A program made the translations under genes and the position numbers. The notes under the pieces were generated by a model that searched no databases, had not been told where the DNA came from, and saw nothing but the letters and a program-made list of their open reading frames with translations. This document shows positions 12,957 to 26,688 of a DNA stretch of 64,000 bases, one piece after another (position 1 is the stretch's first letter; the number at the start of each line of letters is the position of its first letter). The DNA comes from Pecten maximus. Lineage: Eukaryota. Location: the NCBI RefSeq assembly GCF_902652985.1, contig NC_047032.1:30628001-30692000 (forward strand), given 5' to 3'.

Positions 12957-13417
12957 GCTTTTGATTATCTAGGAAAGCAGCCAATACTTCTAATAACGAC
13001 GACGATAACACGACAAAGGTTGTATGACACCTTCACCAGCTGGTGCAATACTACAAATTCCTTCAAAATCATGCCGTTCGTGTTAGAAACAAATCTCGAT
13101 CATTTGTTCTGTCTTTTACTTTATAACTCAATGAAAACAATCAACTGCTGTAGCCTTGTGGGTATGATGTGAGCTTTCGAACGTGTGATGATAGCGGGGC
13201 TTGTTTTTACAGGTAGTAATCTGGAAGGTGTCTCAGAGTTTTCATTGATTCTAGAAATATTGATCAATAGACCTTAATTTGATCAGCGTTCGGAATTTGA
13301 ATAATTCTAACCGTCACTTATTGTATATTACATTTAACGCCATTGTTGTTATTATAAGCATCATTGCGTCCAACAGTATCCTACCAAGAGGGGAAGTTAG
13401 TGTTTGTCAACTACAGA

Positions 13418-13670
13418 TATATATTTACCATTGTATGGCACTGCCACTATATAACCCTACCAATTCAGTTGCGAGTTGACCAGCTTATGAACTGCCAACT
13501 GAAATTTGAATTTGAAAATTTCAAAAAAAAAATCACACGACAAATAAAAAATCGCAGATGGTAAATACAAGCATTGAACGGCTTTTAGCGCGCTTCATGG
13601 AATTTGCCACTGTCCAGTTGCATTCATATTGACTATGAATGCCAACTGAAAGCCGTTCAATGCTTAAATA
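13418..13670 (-). mobile_element. Small non-autonomous element with terminal hairpin and internal complementary region (reverse-orientation copy of 44465-44688)
   Basis: Reverse complement is near-identical to 44465-44688, plus about 30 extra bp inside the hairpin. Confidence 0.8.
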
Positions 13671-14279
13671 TACTTAAATAACTAACGACCATTGCCATCA
13701 GGATCGTTCCTTTATTTTTGTTGTAATTACCTATGTTACCTATACAATAATTTAGATATTTAAATAGTGTGATTAAAACAATACACGTGCTAATATGGCT
13801 CTGCTCTCTTGGACTACCACTGGTAGATCCTACGATAATAACATGCGGCTCATTTTCTCCTAATCTGTGTATGGTCAAAATTATCACAACCAAGTTTCTT
13901 TTGCTTTTTATATTATTATTTCAAATTCAAAATAATTGATTATTGTCTTTTTCAATAACATGATCGATCTTAATATTTTCGCCGTAGATTTTAATTCTTT
14001 GCAGAGACATGTATTCGTTGTTTTATGTTCAGTGCTGATGAGGAAACCAAAAAGACGGCCTTTGTAAATCGATCGGGAGTGTAAACGGATGATGATCTAG
14101 TAACAGTTTATATGTGGGCTCTATCAGTTGGATGAGTTCCGGGGCAGCATCAACCTATCCGCTGTATCATCTCGTCAACTAAGGGATCACCGGACACGTC
14201 TCTCGAGTCAAGTGACGGCTTAGCTCTTCTGTATCTAACTCTCAATGTGTACTGAGATATGTCATAAAATCTTGTGCGC

Positions 14280-14605
14280 CCAATTGTACAATGTCTTGAG
14301 CGCCTTTTATAACACATCGTGTGCGCCTTTTATACAATATATTGAGCGCCTTTTGTAGCATATCGTGTGCGCCTTTTATACAATATCTTTAGCGCCTTTT
14401 GTAACATAACATGTGCGCCTTTTATACAATATCTTGAGCGCCTTTGTAACATATTGTGTGCGCCTTTTATACAATATCTTGATCGCCTTTTGTAACATAT
14501 CCTGTGCGCCTTTTATACAATATCTTGAACGCCTTTGTAACATATCGTGTGCGCCTTTCATACAATATCTTGATCGTCTTTTGTAACATATCGTGTGCGC
14601 CTTTC
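14280..14605 (+). repeat. Minisatellite, about 46-bp unit made of two about 23-bp subunits
   Basis: gcgccttttatacaatatcttga + gcgccttttgtaacatatcgtgt. Confidence 0.92.
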
Positions 14606-16189
14606 TTGTATCCTCGTCAATAGTTTAAGAGACATATCTGCTGGGAAAGTCAAATGTCAAAAGTCATACGGAACAGTTTATTTTTCAATGTTCTACAGAC
14701 CATCTCAAGTATGACCTTTGATGATGTTCATTTCGCACGATTGGCTAAATAAACACATAGTTTTATTGTTTGACTCATGCGAACATAATGATTAAAATCA
14801 TTCTGGTAAAAACTGAAAGCGCAAACATTAACGAATCGTCTAAAACATAATGGTACTAAATGACACCGAAAATGGCGGGGCAAACATTACTCCGCAAATG
14901 TTTATGTTTTAAAATGTCACCCGCGTAAATAAAATGGTGATACAGAACACCAAAATAGCCTTGATAGACCGTATACATCGATCAATGTTATCGCCTATCG
15001 CTGTTGTACCTTTGTCGTATTCTTTCTCGTACGTATAATTGCTTTCAAATCCCCCTCCCTTACGGCAGTATCCCCGAAGGTGTCCAGTCATTGTGTCCAC
15101 TACATCCAAGACCAAGGTCCATCGATCCTCTCCTCACTAATGGCGGCCGGAATGAACCACTGTCGTAATCTCTTTTTCTCTCGTTGTCTGTGGGTAGTGG
15201 GTAGTTAGTGTTGCTAATATTTACATTGTACATTAGCAAGTATTAAATTAAACCTCCTACATAGTGAAAGATAATTTAACAGCGGGTTATAATTTACGTT
15301 TAACAACAACAATTCCTCTGAAAGAAACATTAGGAGAATCTTGTTGAAATACGTTTCGTTTTAAACATATTTATCTGAACCAGTGAAAATAGGGAAAGAA
15401 CAAAACACGAGGAGTAAATAAGGCGAATGGGGGATAGGTATCATGTATATGGAGAAACTAAGGTAAAAATAGGGTGTGTGTGTTTGGGGGGGGGGGGGGG
15501 GGGGGTATGTATCATGCATGTAGGGAAAATGATGCGAAATGAAAGTCACACAACATCGTTACACAGTATGAATCAGTAGAAACTATTGCAAAATGAGAGA
15601 TTTAATATAGGAAGGGAAAGAAAGGCGAACTGGAAAATGCGATGATTAAATCAAAATTCGATTAAAGGAATCAAGTGCATGGAGAAAATAATAATAAAAA
15701 ACATTTAGGGATCCAAATAACTAAATGAGAACAGCATGTCCTCCACAAACCCAGAACAATGCGGCCATTATGTCATCAGATTAATGTCACGGAAACACCA
15801 CAAAGGTCTGCTCCACTTCACAATTACTCCACATGTGGTGGTGCCTGAAGACATCGTGAATGATTCATTTCTTCCCCGGAATGCTGATTTGCAATGCTTT
15901 AGGTGGCCAAAATAATAATCGAAATATTCTACTGTTACTTTGCGATTGTAGCGAGGCCAGGGTTATAACCGATAAAGAAACCGTACATTAGGTTTCTGTA
16001 AATAAGTCAAACAGTCAAAACTCTGCACCTATTTGTAGAAACCAGCCTGATGAACAGTTTCCCCGAGGCCGCCTGAGCAGTTGTCGGCCATCGGTATCAG
16101 AAAGAGGTTTCATCATAATCATTCGAACGTCTGGGTGCGTTCGGATGTTGCACAATAGTTACCATTATTGACTGTTTACCGGCTTGTCA

Positions 16190-17180
16190 CAATTCAATTC
16201 AATTCAAACTTTATTTATAGTCGGTACATATTATAACAAATTAACTCCAACAGCAAAAGAATAAAATGCATAATCACAGAATAAAACAAATAAAAATAAA
16301 TAAAACATAAAAGCAAACAAAAGTATTTATCTGATTGTTAAACAGATAATTGCATAAAAAGATTGTTTGGAAATGTATTTGTTGGAGTTCTCTCTTTAGA
16401 TATAGCAGTATCTCTTTACAATATCGATATTAACATAAAGCATTGAGATTATTTAGACTCTCACAAACAAACAAAATTAATCAATTGGAACTTAAAACAT
16501 TGTTTTAAAAAATGACCGTCTGATGTTGTGTTTGTGTATATGTCTATGTTTTGTCTGTGGCATGTGGTATATCTGCAGTGTTGTGATATCTGAACTTCTA
16601 TGTTTTCCTGTGATATTGATTAAGTCATGTAAGTATGTTGGTGTTTGCTTGTGATTTTGAAGACTTCTATTGCAAAATTCCTGAGTCTCCTTATTCTGAG
16701 TAATGGTAATTTTGAACGGGCTAGTAATTTTTCGTAACTATCTTTCTGTGTGTCGTATATGAAACTGAGTGCCTTTTCCTAATTTTTTTTTTTTTTTTTT
16801 TTTGTTGGTTGCCCTGCAGAAGTTCCATGTGAGTGGACAGAAATTGAAGTTTTAAAGGATAAAAGAGTGATATATTGTGAGTTTGCCTACTCTGTTTTGG
16901 TGTTTGTTTGCCAATGCGTTTCAGTGTGTTAAGTTGCCTTGTTGCTTTTTTTCAGTAATTTGCTACATGTGTGTGGAAATTTAGCTTGAAATCTAATGTA
17001 ACTCCTAAAAGTTTAACGTCTGGTTTGTAGTGTTATTACCTGTCTGAAAGGTGATCTTTTATTGTTGTGTTTTGTTACCTACTGCCATTGCTTGGAATTT
17101 GTCTGGATTAGCCTTCACTGCGAACCAGCGAATAAATGAGTTGATATTTGTTTGTAGTGCTGATTTTACAATGTTACAAT
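16190..17180 (-). mobile_element. 5'-truncated, decayed CR1/L2-group LINE (ORF2 C-terminus and tail)
   Basis: Minus strand reads ..KANPDKFQAMAVG.., ..VKLLGVTLDFKLNF.., ..ALSFIYDTQKDSYEKLLARSKLPLLRIRRLRNFAIEVFK. AATAAA plus (GAATT)n tail near 16190-16215. Confidence 0.75.
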
Positions 17181-17321
17181 TTTTCTAGTAATTGTTTTTG
17201 GAAACAATCGAAAATAATTAATTGACATTTACATAGAGGGTCGAGTAATAAGTTCGACTGTTTACCAGGAAAATTGCTAGGAAAACGTAACAAGTCGGTT
17301 GACAGTCAAGGATGTTTACCA

Positions 17322-17420
17322 GCGTGGACTGGTCCTTTCGTCCTATACTCTCCGCCGGGGCTGCTCTCCGCTCTGTGTGCGTACGCAAGGGAGGTAATTG
17401 AGGAGGGGACCAGTCTAGCG
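17322..17420. mobile_element. Small hairpin MITE-like insert
   Basis: Inverted termini gcgtggactggtcc ... ggaccagtctagcg in a GC-rich patch. Confidence 0.35.
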
Positions 17421-18062
17421 GGGAACGCGCCCAAGCATTCAAATGAGCATGAAGAAGTGTCTTCTGATTGCGATTGATCACGTCTGCCACGGGGCGGTTA
17501 GGGGATATTTCAGAGGAGGGTTTTCTTGGTCTGGTTTTTAAATGACATGAAGATAGGTAACAAAGCAATATGCCTTTAATATGAGACAACAGTCAAAACG
17601 CTTTTCCTTTGGAGTTGGAACCAATCCGATGAAGTGTTTTCTTGGCAGTTGACCGCATTGACCAATCAGATGAACTTTTTCTCTCGGCCGTCGGCTTGCG
17701 GCCTCGGGAAACAGTTAGTTCATCTGATTGGTCCAGGCACCACATAAAGAGCTTTGACTAATAATACATAACAAAATATAAATGAAATACTTGAACACTG
17801 TAAATTATGTGATTATGAAATAAATAATCATATATCTATCTTTTATTACAGATGTTTAAAGCTGTGATTTTTCATACATATTTCAGTTAAAACCTGCAAT
17901 TCAAATACTCGAAAAAGAAGTAAGAATACAATTTCACACGGAGCAATGAAAGCGAAGTTTTAAAAAAAATTCATGTAAAAATTGATAATTCCACAGAGAC
18001 CAGTGTTGAATAAATTTCCCACACTCAACGATTAAGTTGTTTTAAATCGCCTGCCAATCAAG

Positions 18063-18213
18063 TGTTTGAATGTTTGTTTGTTACAACTGAACAATGTTTG
18101 TTTGTTACTACTGGACAATGTTTGTTTGTTACTACTGAACAATGTTTGTTTGTTACTACTGAACAATGTTTGTTTGTTACTACTGAACAATGTTTGTTTG
18201 CTTCCACTGAACA
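18063..18213 (+). repeat. Minisatellite, 24-bp unit, about 6 copies
   Basis: tgtttgtttgttactactgaacaa. Confidence 0.95.
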
Positions 18214-18404
18214 ATGGCCCCTCAATCCACTGTTATTTATTGTACCGACCGAACCAATGTCAATATCCGTAGTAACAGTGACCTAAGTGTATCCCAGACC
18301 TGTCCGTACTGTAGAACATTTCGGTGTAACTATGGGATGGATTTTCTATGTATTCCTATATGAGGTGTAAGTACCCTTAAAACATGTAAAGTCTGTTTTG
18401 ATTT

Positions 18405-18600
18405 CTGATTGGAACGTCACCGCCCAAGTAAGTCAAACAATGTCGTGACGTCAGGAGCGAGTGTGCGTGTTCTAAGGGAATGACGTTTATTAAAGCTGAC
18501 ATCGAAATACAGAGGCAAATACATGACCGCTCTAAAGCATGTTGAGCACAGTGGTCATACGACCCAGAGACGTCTTTGTATGTATATAACATCCGGGTAA
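18405..18600 (+). promoter_or_regulatory. Candidate Pol II promoter / non-coding first exon
   Basis: Reverse CCAAT (18405-12), GC box (18420-25), full CRE TGACGTCA (18446-53), half CRE (18481), TATTAAA (18488) and possible donor GG|GTAACT (18597). Confidence 0.3.
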
Positions 18601-19229
18601 CTATGTCTAGTAACGTATTATATACGACAATCATACATGTACTATAATTATATATATATAAGCAACAGACAATTTTGTCTCGGGCGGTAGCGCATGAATT
18701 TATATTGGCCAAGTAATATTGTAGTCGTGCTTCAATTGAACCGTTTTCGTTGTACCTACAACATCCAGTCTGGTATATCTGGCCGGTTGTGTAAGGTAGA
18801 TTCAGCACAATAAGAATGTACCTTCCGTGACGCCAAATACAGAAAACGAATCATAAGCGATGGATAATGACTGGAAATAAATATTTTTTGTATATTAGGT
18901 ATACTACCCAGTTCAGTTCCCCAAGATGCACACCAACACACAGTTTTCTAATTGGTGGATCAGCCACTTAACTGTCAGTTAATATGTTCCCATGGTGCCA
19001 TTTACCACTGGTAATTAGTATGTGTTCCCATGGTGCCATTTACCACTGGTAATTAGTCGGAAACCATTTCTAAGTCTCTGGTGTCATATCATTCCCGATG
19101 TTGTTGTGTACGTCATGGCTGTTTGATGATTTTTTTATAATTCAATTTTAACTGAATCCTTAAAACTTGATACCATTCCCGCAGAAACTGTAAAAACAAT
19201 TAATTTTACTGCAATATTGAATTTACCAA

Positions 19230-19620
19230 TTGGAATTTAATTTTCTCCTACTTGTTCGTTGACCCAAATATTTCTTTGAACCCGTTATTTTCTTAAGAAG
19301 CATACCATTCACAAATAAATCAATGTATCTTCCTTCAAAAATGTGTTTGTCAATGGTGGGAAACAGAATAACCCTGATTGACACCCCTCCTGTATCAATT
19401 CGTCTGTCCTGTTCGTTGTACATACAATGATGAAAACAAAGAGGAATGGTGTCTGTAGAATTGTCAAGGCCATTGTTTCATTAAGTATTAGAAAGTTATC
19501 AGCAAAATTACAATCACATAATATATCTAAATTATTGACAAATCGTATCAATCTGTCCCCTCGTCCACCAGACAGTACTTTGACCAGTCTGCTACTGAAG
19601 GCAGCACTGACCCCCGGGAT
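19230..19620 (-). mobile_element. Highly decayed LINE RT fragment
   Basis: RFVNNLDILCDCNFADN (resembles FINDL...FADD) followed by VNGMLLKKIT..KYLG. Confidence 0.35.
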
Positions 19621-20169
19621 TAGGAAAGCCATTATTCTAAAAATGGGTCAGTATGGTGAAATCTCTCTCGACCTTTTCATTAAGCTCTCCGGTAAAGGAA
19701 ATAAATGGTGGACGTGATTTCATTCATTTCTCATTCAAATCCCGTGCCACGTGACATTTAGGTCGAATTGGGAAGTAACGCGTGATCTTGTGATGATAAA
19801 AAATGGCTGATGGAAACGTACTTGTATGAACATTAGTATTGAACTTTTACATAATTCTGTTAACCAATGAGGTGATTGTCTGACTGGCTTGACAGGGACT
19901 GGGAAATGTCGGTCAATATGACCGAAATCACACATCAATTGATAGCGACGGGGTCTTATTGTAATTTGTTTTTCTACACGAATGGTAAATGTATTAAATA
20001 TGTATTTGTTCTTAAAGTGTATTTGTGGTCAGTACACTTGAATATTCGAAAATAATTGACCTTCTAGATAAAAATGCAAAAGTATGGATATCCTAAATTA
20101 GTTTCGATTACCAATTCATATCAATTTGCCGATGTTTGCTACTAATTACTTGCAGAGGAATGTCCTATT

Positions 20170-21085
20170 TTTGTGTCAGTAACTATTTGTATAAGGTGTG
20201 ACGTAGTTCTGTGTCAGTAATTACTTGTATAAAGTGTGACGTAGTTTTTTGTCAGTAATTACTTGTATAAGGTGTGACGTAGTTTTGTGTCAGTAATTAC
20301 TTGTGTAAAGTGTTACGTTTTCTTGTGTCAGTAATTACTTGTAAAGGTTTTGTCGTAGTTTTGTGTCAGTAATTACTTGTATAAGGTGTGACGTAGTTTT
20401 GTGTCAGTAATTACTTGTGTAAAGTGTTACGTAGTTTTGTGTCAGTAATTACTTGTATAAGGTGTGACGTAGTTTTGTGTCAGTAATTACTTGTATAAGG
20501 TGTGACGTAGTTTTGTGTCAGTAATTACTTGTATAAGCTGTGACGTAGTTTTGTGTCAGTAATTACTTGTATAAGCTGTGACGTAGTTTTGTGTCAGTAA
20601 TTACTTGTATAAGGTGTGACGTAGTTTTGTGTCAGTAATTACTTGTATAAGCTGTGACGTAGTTTTGTGTCAGTAATTACTTGTATAAGGTGTGACGTAG
20701 TTTTGTGTCAGTAATTACTTGTATAAGGTGTGACGTAGTTTTGTGTCAGTAATTACTTGTGTAAATTGTGACGTAGTTTTGTGTCAGTAATTACATTGTA
20801 CTTGTGTAAGTTATGACGTAGTTTTGTGTCAGTAATTACTTGTGTAAATTGTGACGTTTTTTTGTGTCAGTAATTACTTGTAAAGGTTTTGTCGTAGTTT
20901 TGTGTCAGTAATCACTTGTATTAAGTGTAACGTAGTTTTGTGTCAGTAATTACTTGTAAAGGTTTTGTCGCAGTTTTTGGTCAGTAATTACTTGTATAAG
21001 CTGTGACGTAGTTTTGTATCAGTAATTACTTGTATAAGGTGTGACGTAGTTTTGTGTCAGTAATTACTTGTAAAGGTTGTGTCGC
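20170..21085 (+). repeat. Minisatellite, 38-bp unit, about 24 copies
   Basis: gtgtcagtaattacttgtataaggtgtgacgtagtttt. Confidence 0.97.
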
Positions 21086-21409
21086 ATTTGTGTAGCGATA
21101 TCTTCGTAAGCAAAGAGAACATCAAGAATTTACTCCGATAATACGATTTCTGACCCAATTAGTTTCTGGTTTATTTTGTTAGTATTGAGAGGTGCACTGC
21201 CCAGTCCATCTGTAGTGGTATAATTGACTAATCAATTAACAATTGAGTAATTAGGATTCAGTTTTCTAATTGTGAACAAGACCTATAATTGATGATATCG
21301 CAGAACAGCGATTGTATTTTTCTCACAGAGTATTACAAACATTTGAAGGTTATATTGTCAACTGACGTAACAATTGTCAAACCTTATTGCAGCCGTTTAG
21401 TGTAATTTA

Positions 21410-21770
21410 CTGTTCATAGAAAGTAGCTGTTCTATGTTATAGGCTGTGCTGTGTAAGTGGCTGTTCCATGTAATTACCTGGCTTTGTAACCCGTTGTTCT
21501 ATATGTATGTTATTAGCTGTGCTATGTAATTGGATGTTCTAATTAATTAGTTATGTTGTGCAAGTGATAGTGCTATGTGATATGCTGTTCTTTTTTAGCT
21601 GTGCTATGTAGTTGACTGTTAATTGTAATTAGATGTGCTATGAAACATGTTGAGCTGTGTAATTGACTGTTGCGCAATGTAATTGGCTGTTCCATGTAAT
21701 TAGTCATATTATGTAACTGACGGTGATACGATATTGACTGAAATGTAAACGGCTGTTCTATGTTAATAAT
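21410..21770 (+). repeat. Degenerate tandem repeat
   Basis: Recurrent gctgttctatgtaatt / gctgtgctatgtaatt motifs. Confidence 0.6.
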
Positions 21771-21774
21771 GGTG

Positions 21775-22135
21775 CACATTGAACTTATAAAGACATTCAG
21801 TTATAGTTGTCAGTGTTGACACATTGAACTAATAAAGTCAGTCAGTTATAGTTGTCAGTGTCGACACATTGAACTTATTAAGACAGACAGTTATAGTTGT
21901 CAGTGTTGACACATTGAACTTATAAAGACAGACAGTTATAGTTGTCAGTGTCGACACATTGAACTTATAAAAACAGACAGTTATGGTTGTCAGTGTCGAC
22001 ACATTGAACTTATAAAGACAGACAGTTATAGTTGTCAGTGTTGACACATTAAACTTATAAAGACAGATAGTTATAGTTGTCAGTGTTGACACATTGAACT
22101 ATAAAGACAGACAGTTATAGTAGTCTGTGTTGACA
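21775..22135 (+). repeat. Minisatellite, 45-bp unit, about 8 copies
   Basis: gacacattgaacttataaagacagacagttatagttgtcagtgtt. Confidence 0.96.
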
Positions 22136-22713
22136 ATTTGCCTAATGATGTAAAAACCTAACTTAGTATGACAGTTGTACTTTTGGACTATTGACACGAT
22201 CTAATTGATCTGCTTAAATACCAATCCCAGTCACCGTTACATATTATGTTCTGGTCAAAGACGCTAATATCCTCGAAGAATCCTCACAAAACATGGTGTG
22301 AAGACCGTTTACCATATTTGGTGGCACATCATAAGATCTGTGTGATTAATACGCTTGTTGGTGTTCGTTTTTAATCCAAACACCCCCGCATCATCACCAC
22401 TTCACCCGCCAATCATCCCCCATAAGTTGTACATCTAATGACTTAATTTGGTTCTGTAGTAATACCCATCTAAACCTTCTCTGGTATCTGTGTATACATC
22501 CCTAAGACTCTTAACGCATCATCCATTGTCGAATCTGTATCATCAAAGCGCTTGTCAACGTTAATCGGCCTACACACAACGACAGATCGATGTTAAAGAT
22601 ATTGATGTGAAACGCAAACAAATGTCTCCTGGACATTCAGTATGGACGGTAATGATTTTATCTGAATTTATACGGGTTTACAAATGGTCATTTGCTGGTC
22701 AAGTAGATTGGCG

Positions 22714-22938
22714 AAAGGCAATAATATAAAAATTTACGGAGGCTTTCATGGACCATAGAAAGGCAATAATATAAAAAATTACGGAGGCTCTCATAGACCA
22801 TAGAAAGGCAATGATATAAAAATTTACGGAGGCTCCCATGGACCATAGAAAGGTAATAATATAAAAAATCACGGAGGCTCTCGTGGACCATAGAAAGGTA
22901 ATATTATAAAAAATTACGGAGGATATCATGGACCATAG
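22714..22938 (+). repeat. Minisatellite, 45-bp unit, about 5 copies
   Basis: ggaccatagaaaggcaataatataaaaatttacggaggctctcat. Confidence 0.95.
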
Positions 22939-23489
22939 TTTGTCTTAGGTAAATACTGAACCAGACAGGATGAGTGTTGACGTTTACATTTACAAAAGTA
23001 CATTTACCTAGGATTCGTGTTAAGTAGTGCACGTGTCCCTAATGTAAAATACCCATTTGTCGGCCATATTCCAACGATTGCAGTTCGACTCATGAAGGAT
23101 ATTTTACGAGCGTTAAGATCTCGAGGGAACCATAACAGTCAGACGCATGTTACCTCACCCAACGTACATACAATGGACTTCTTTTTTTGTCTGATGTCAA
23201 CATTAAACTTTAACGAGGAACAATATCTGTCTGGATCTTAAATTTCGCAATCCGGTTATTGTGTTCAAATACAAAATCCATTAACCAATTTAGTTAAAAA
23301 AATTATCCATTTCAAATCTATAATGTAAATATCGAGAACCTGGAAAAACAGCATACTTGACAAAACAGCATGATTGACGCACTTCTCAAAGTACTTGTGT
23401 TTTATACAAATTACCCATCAACTGTTTATTGAACCAAGTATTTACTGCCTGAGATGCAAATTGTATTGAATGAGCCTATTTAACTTTAT

Positions 23490-24868
23490 CGTCTGGGATA
23501 TTATCAAAAGTTTATTATACTCTACCGTCTCAGATCCTATTAAAGGTATATATTATACTCTACCGTCTTAGATCTTATTAAAGGTATATATTATACTCTA
23601 CCGTCTTAGATCTTATTAAAGGTATATATTATACTCAACCGTCTTAGATCTTATTAAAGGTATATATTATACTCTACCGTCTCAGATCTTATTAAAGGTA
23701 TATATTATGCTCTACCGTCTTAGATCTTATCAAAGGTATATATTATACTCTACCGTCTCAGATCTTATCAAAGGTATATATTATACTCTACCGTCTTAGA
23801 TCTTATCAAAGGTATATATTATACTCTACCGTCCTAGATCTTATTAAAGGTATATATTATACTCTACCGTCTTAGATCTTATTAAAGGTATATATAATAC
23901 TCTACCGTCTGGGATCTTATCAAAGGTATATATTATACTCTACCGTCTTAGATCTTATCAAAGGTATATATTATACTCTACTGTCTTAGATCTTATTAAA
24001 GGTATATATTATACTCTGCCGTCTGAGATCTTATTAAAGGTATATATTATACTCTACCGTCTGGGATCTTATTAAAGGTATATATTATACTCTACCGTCT
24101 GATATCTTATTAAAGGTATATATTATACTCTACCGTCTTAGATCTTATCAAAGGTATATATTATACTCTACCGTCTCAGATCTTATTAAAGGTATATATT
24201 ATACTCTACCGTCTGATATCTTATTAAAGGTATATATTATACTCTACCGTCTTACATCTTATCAAAGGTATATATTATGCTCTACTGTCTTAGATCTTAT
24301 CAAAGGTATATATAATACTCTACCGTCTTAGATCTTATCAAAGGTATATATTATACTCTACCGTCTTACATCTTATCAAAGGTATATATTATACTCTACC
24401 GTCTTAGATCTTATCAAAGGTATATATAATACTCTACCGTCTTAGATCTTATCAAAGGTATATATTATACTCTACCGTCTTAGATCTTATTAAAGGTATA
24501 TATTATACTCTACCGTCTCAGATCTTATTAAAGGTATATATTATACTCTACCGTCTTAGATCTTATCAAAGGTATATATTATACTCTACCGTCTTAGATC
24601 TTATTAAAGGTATATATAATACTCTACCGTCTGGGATCTTATTAAAGGTATATATTATACTCTACCGTCTTAGATCTTATCAAAGGTATATATTATACCC
24701 TACCGTCTGAGATATTATTAAAGGTATATATTATACCCTACCGTGTGATATCTTATTAAAGGTATATATTATACTCTACCGTCTGGGATATTATTAAAGG
24801 TATATATTATACTCTACCGTCTTAGATCTTATCAAAGGTATATATTATACTCTACCGTCTCAGATCTT
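23490..24868 (+). repeat. Minisatellite, 38-bp unit, about 36 copies
   Basis: tatactctaccgtcttagatcttattaaaggtatatat. Confidence 0.98.
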
Positions 24869-24999
24869 AATTTAGATATCTACTACATTTTATAGACATA
24901 CAGATTTTTATTTAGACACTTTAAAATCAAAAAGGGTGGTAGTCTGTTCCTTCATCAGCGACACTGTTCACGAAAAGCTGGGTCATACTCATGTCATAT

Positions 25000-26688
25000 G
25001 TCACATTCTCAAATAGAAATCCAGGTTAATGACACAGGAACCATCAGTCACATTCCAAATAGAAATCCAGGTTAATGACACAGGAACCATCAGTCACATT
25101 CCAAATAGAAATCCAGGTTAATGACACAGGAACCATCAGTCACATTCCAAATAGAAATCCAGGTTAATGACACAGGAACCATCAGTCACATTCTCAAATG
25201 ATAATTAGGGTGGTGGCACAGGAACCATCAGTCAAATTCTCAAATGATAATTAGGGTGGTGACACAGGAACCATCAGTCACTTTCCAAATGATAATTAGG
25301 GTGGTGACACAGACCCCGTCAGTCACATTCTCAAATGATAATTAGGGTGGCGACACAGGAACCATCAATCACATTCTCAAATGATAATTAGGGTGGTGAC
25401 ACATGAACCATCAGTCACATTCTCAAATGATAATTAGGGTGGCGACACAGGAACCATCAGTCACATTCTCAAATGATAATTAGGGTGGTGACACAGGAAC
25501 CATCGGTCACATTCTCAAATGATAATTAGGGTGGTGATACAGGAACCATCAGTCACATTCTCAAATGATAATTAGGGTGGTGACACAGGAACCATCAGTC
25601 AAATTCTCAAATGATAATTAGGGTGGTGACACAGGAACCATCAGTCACTTTCCAAATGATAATTAGGGTGGTGACACAGACCCCGTCAGTCACATTCTCA
25701 AAGGATAATTAGGGTGGTGACACAGGAACCATCAGTCATATTCTCAAATGATAATTAGGGTGGTGACGCAGGAACCATCAGTCATATTCTCAAATGATAA
25801 TTAGGATGGTGACACAGACCCCGTCAGTCACATTCTCAAATGATAATTAGGGTGGCGACACAGGAACCATCAATCACATTCTCAAATGATAATTAGGATG
25901 GTGACACATGAACCATCAGTCACTTTCTCAAATTATAATTAGGGTGGTGACACAGGAACCATCAATCACATTCTCAAATGATAATTAGGGTGGTGACACA
26001 GGAACCATCAGTCACATTCTCAAATGATAATTAGGGTGGTGACACTGGAACCATCAGTCACATTCTCAAATTATAATTAGGGTGGTGACACAGACCCCGT
26101 CAGTCACATTCTCAAATGATAATTAGGATGGTGACACAGGAACCATCAGTCACATTCTCAAATGATAATTAGGGTGGTGACACAGGAACCATTAGTTACA
26201 TTCTTTAATGATAATTAGGGTGGTGACACAGGAACCATCAGTCACATACTTAAATGATAATTAGGGTGGTGACACAGGAACCATCAGTCACATACTTAAA
26301 TGATAATTAAGGTGGTGACACAGACCCCGTCAGTCACATTCTCAAATGATAATTAGGATGGTGACACATGAACCATCAGTCACATTCTCAAATGATAATT
26401 AGGGTGGTGACACAGGAACCATCAGTCACATTCTCAAATGATAAATAAGGTGGTGACACAGGAACAATCAGTCACATTCTCAAATGATAATTAGGGTGGT
26501 GACACAGGAACCATCAGTCACATACTTAAATGATAATTAGGGTGGTGACACAGGAACCATCAGTCACATACTTAAATGATAATTAGGGTGGTGACACAGG
26601 AACCATCGGTCACATTCCCAAATGATAATTAGAGTGGTGACACAGGAACCATCAGTCACATACTTAAATGATAATTAGGTTGGTGACC
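25000..26688 (+). repeat. Minisatellite, 46-bp unit, about 36 copies, two unit types
   Basis: First about 4 units gtcacattccaaatagaaatccaggttaatgacacaggaaccatca; the rest gtcacattctcaaatgataattagggtggtgacacaggaaccatca. Confidence 0.98.

Larger units (their letters stand above)
16015..17757. mobile_element. Old inverted-repeat-bounded DNA element hosting later insertions
   Basis: gtcaaaactct...gatgaacagtttccccgaggccgc (16015-16072) is a degenerate inverted copy of gcggcctcgggaaacagttagttcatc...agagctttgac (17697-17757). Confidence 0.45.

Noticed and set aside
14030-14075. Hammerhead ribozyme (CTGATGAG core; also at 51084)
   Set aside because: No correctly placed GAAA after stem II and no closing stems.
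25200-26688. Interstitial telomere
   Set aside because: Only one TTAGGG per 46-bp unit, not tandem hexamers.
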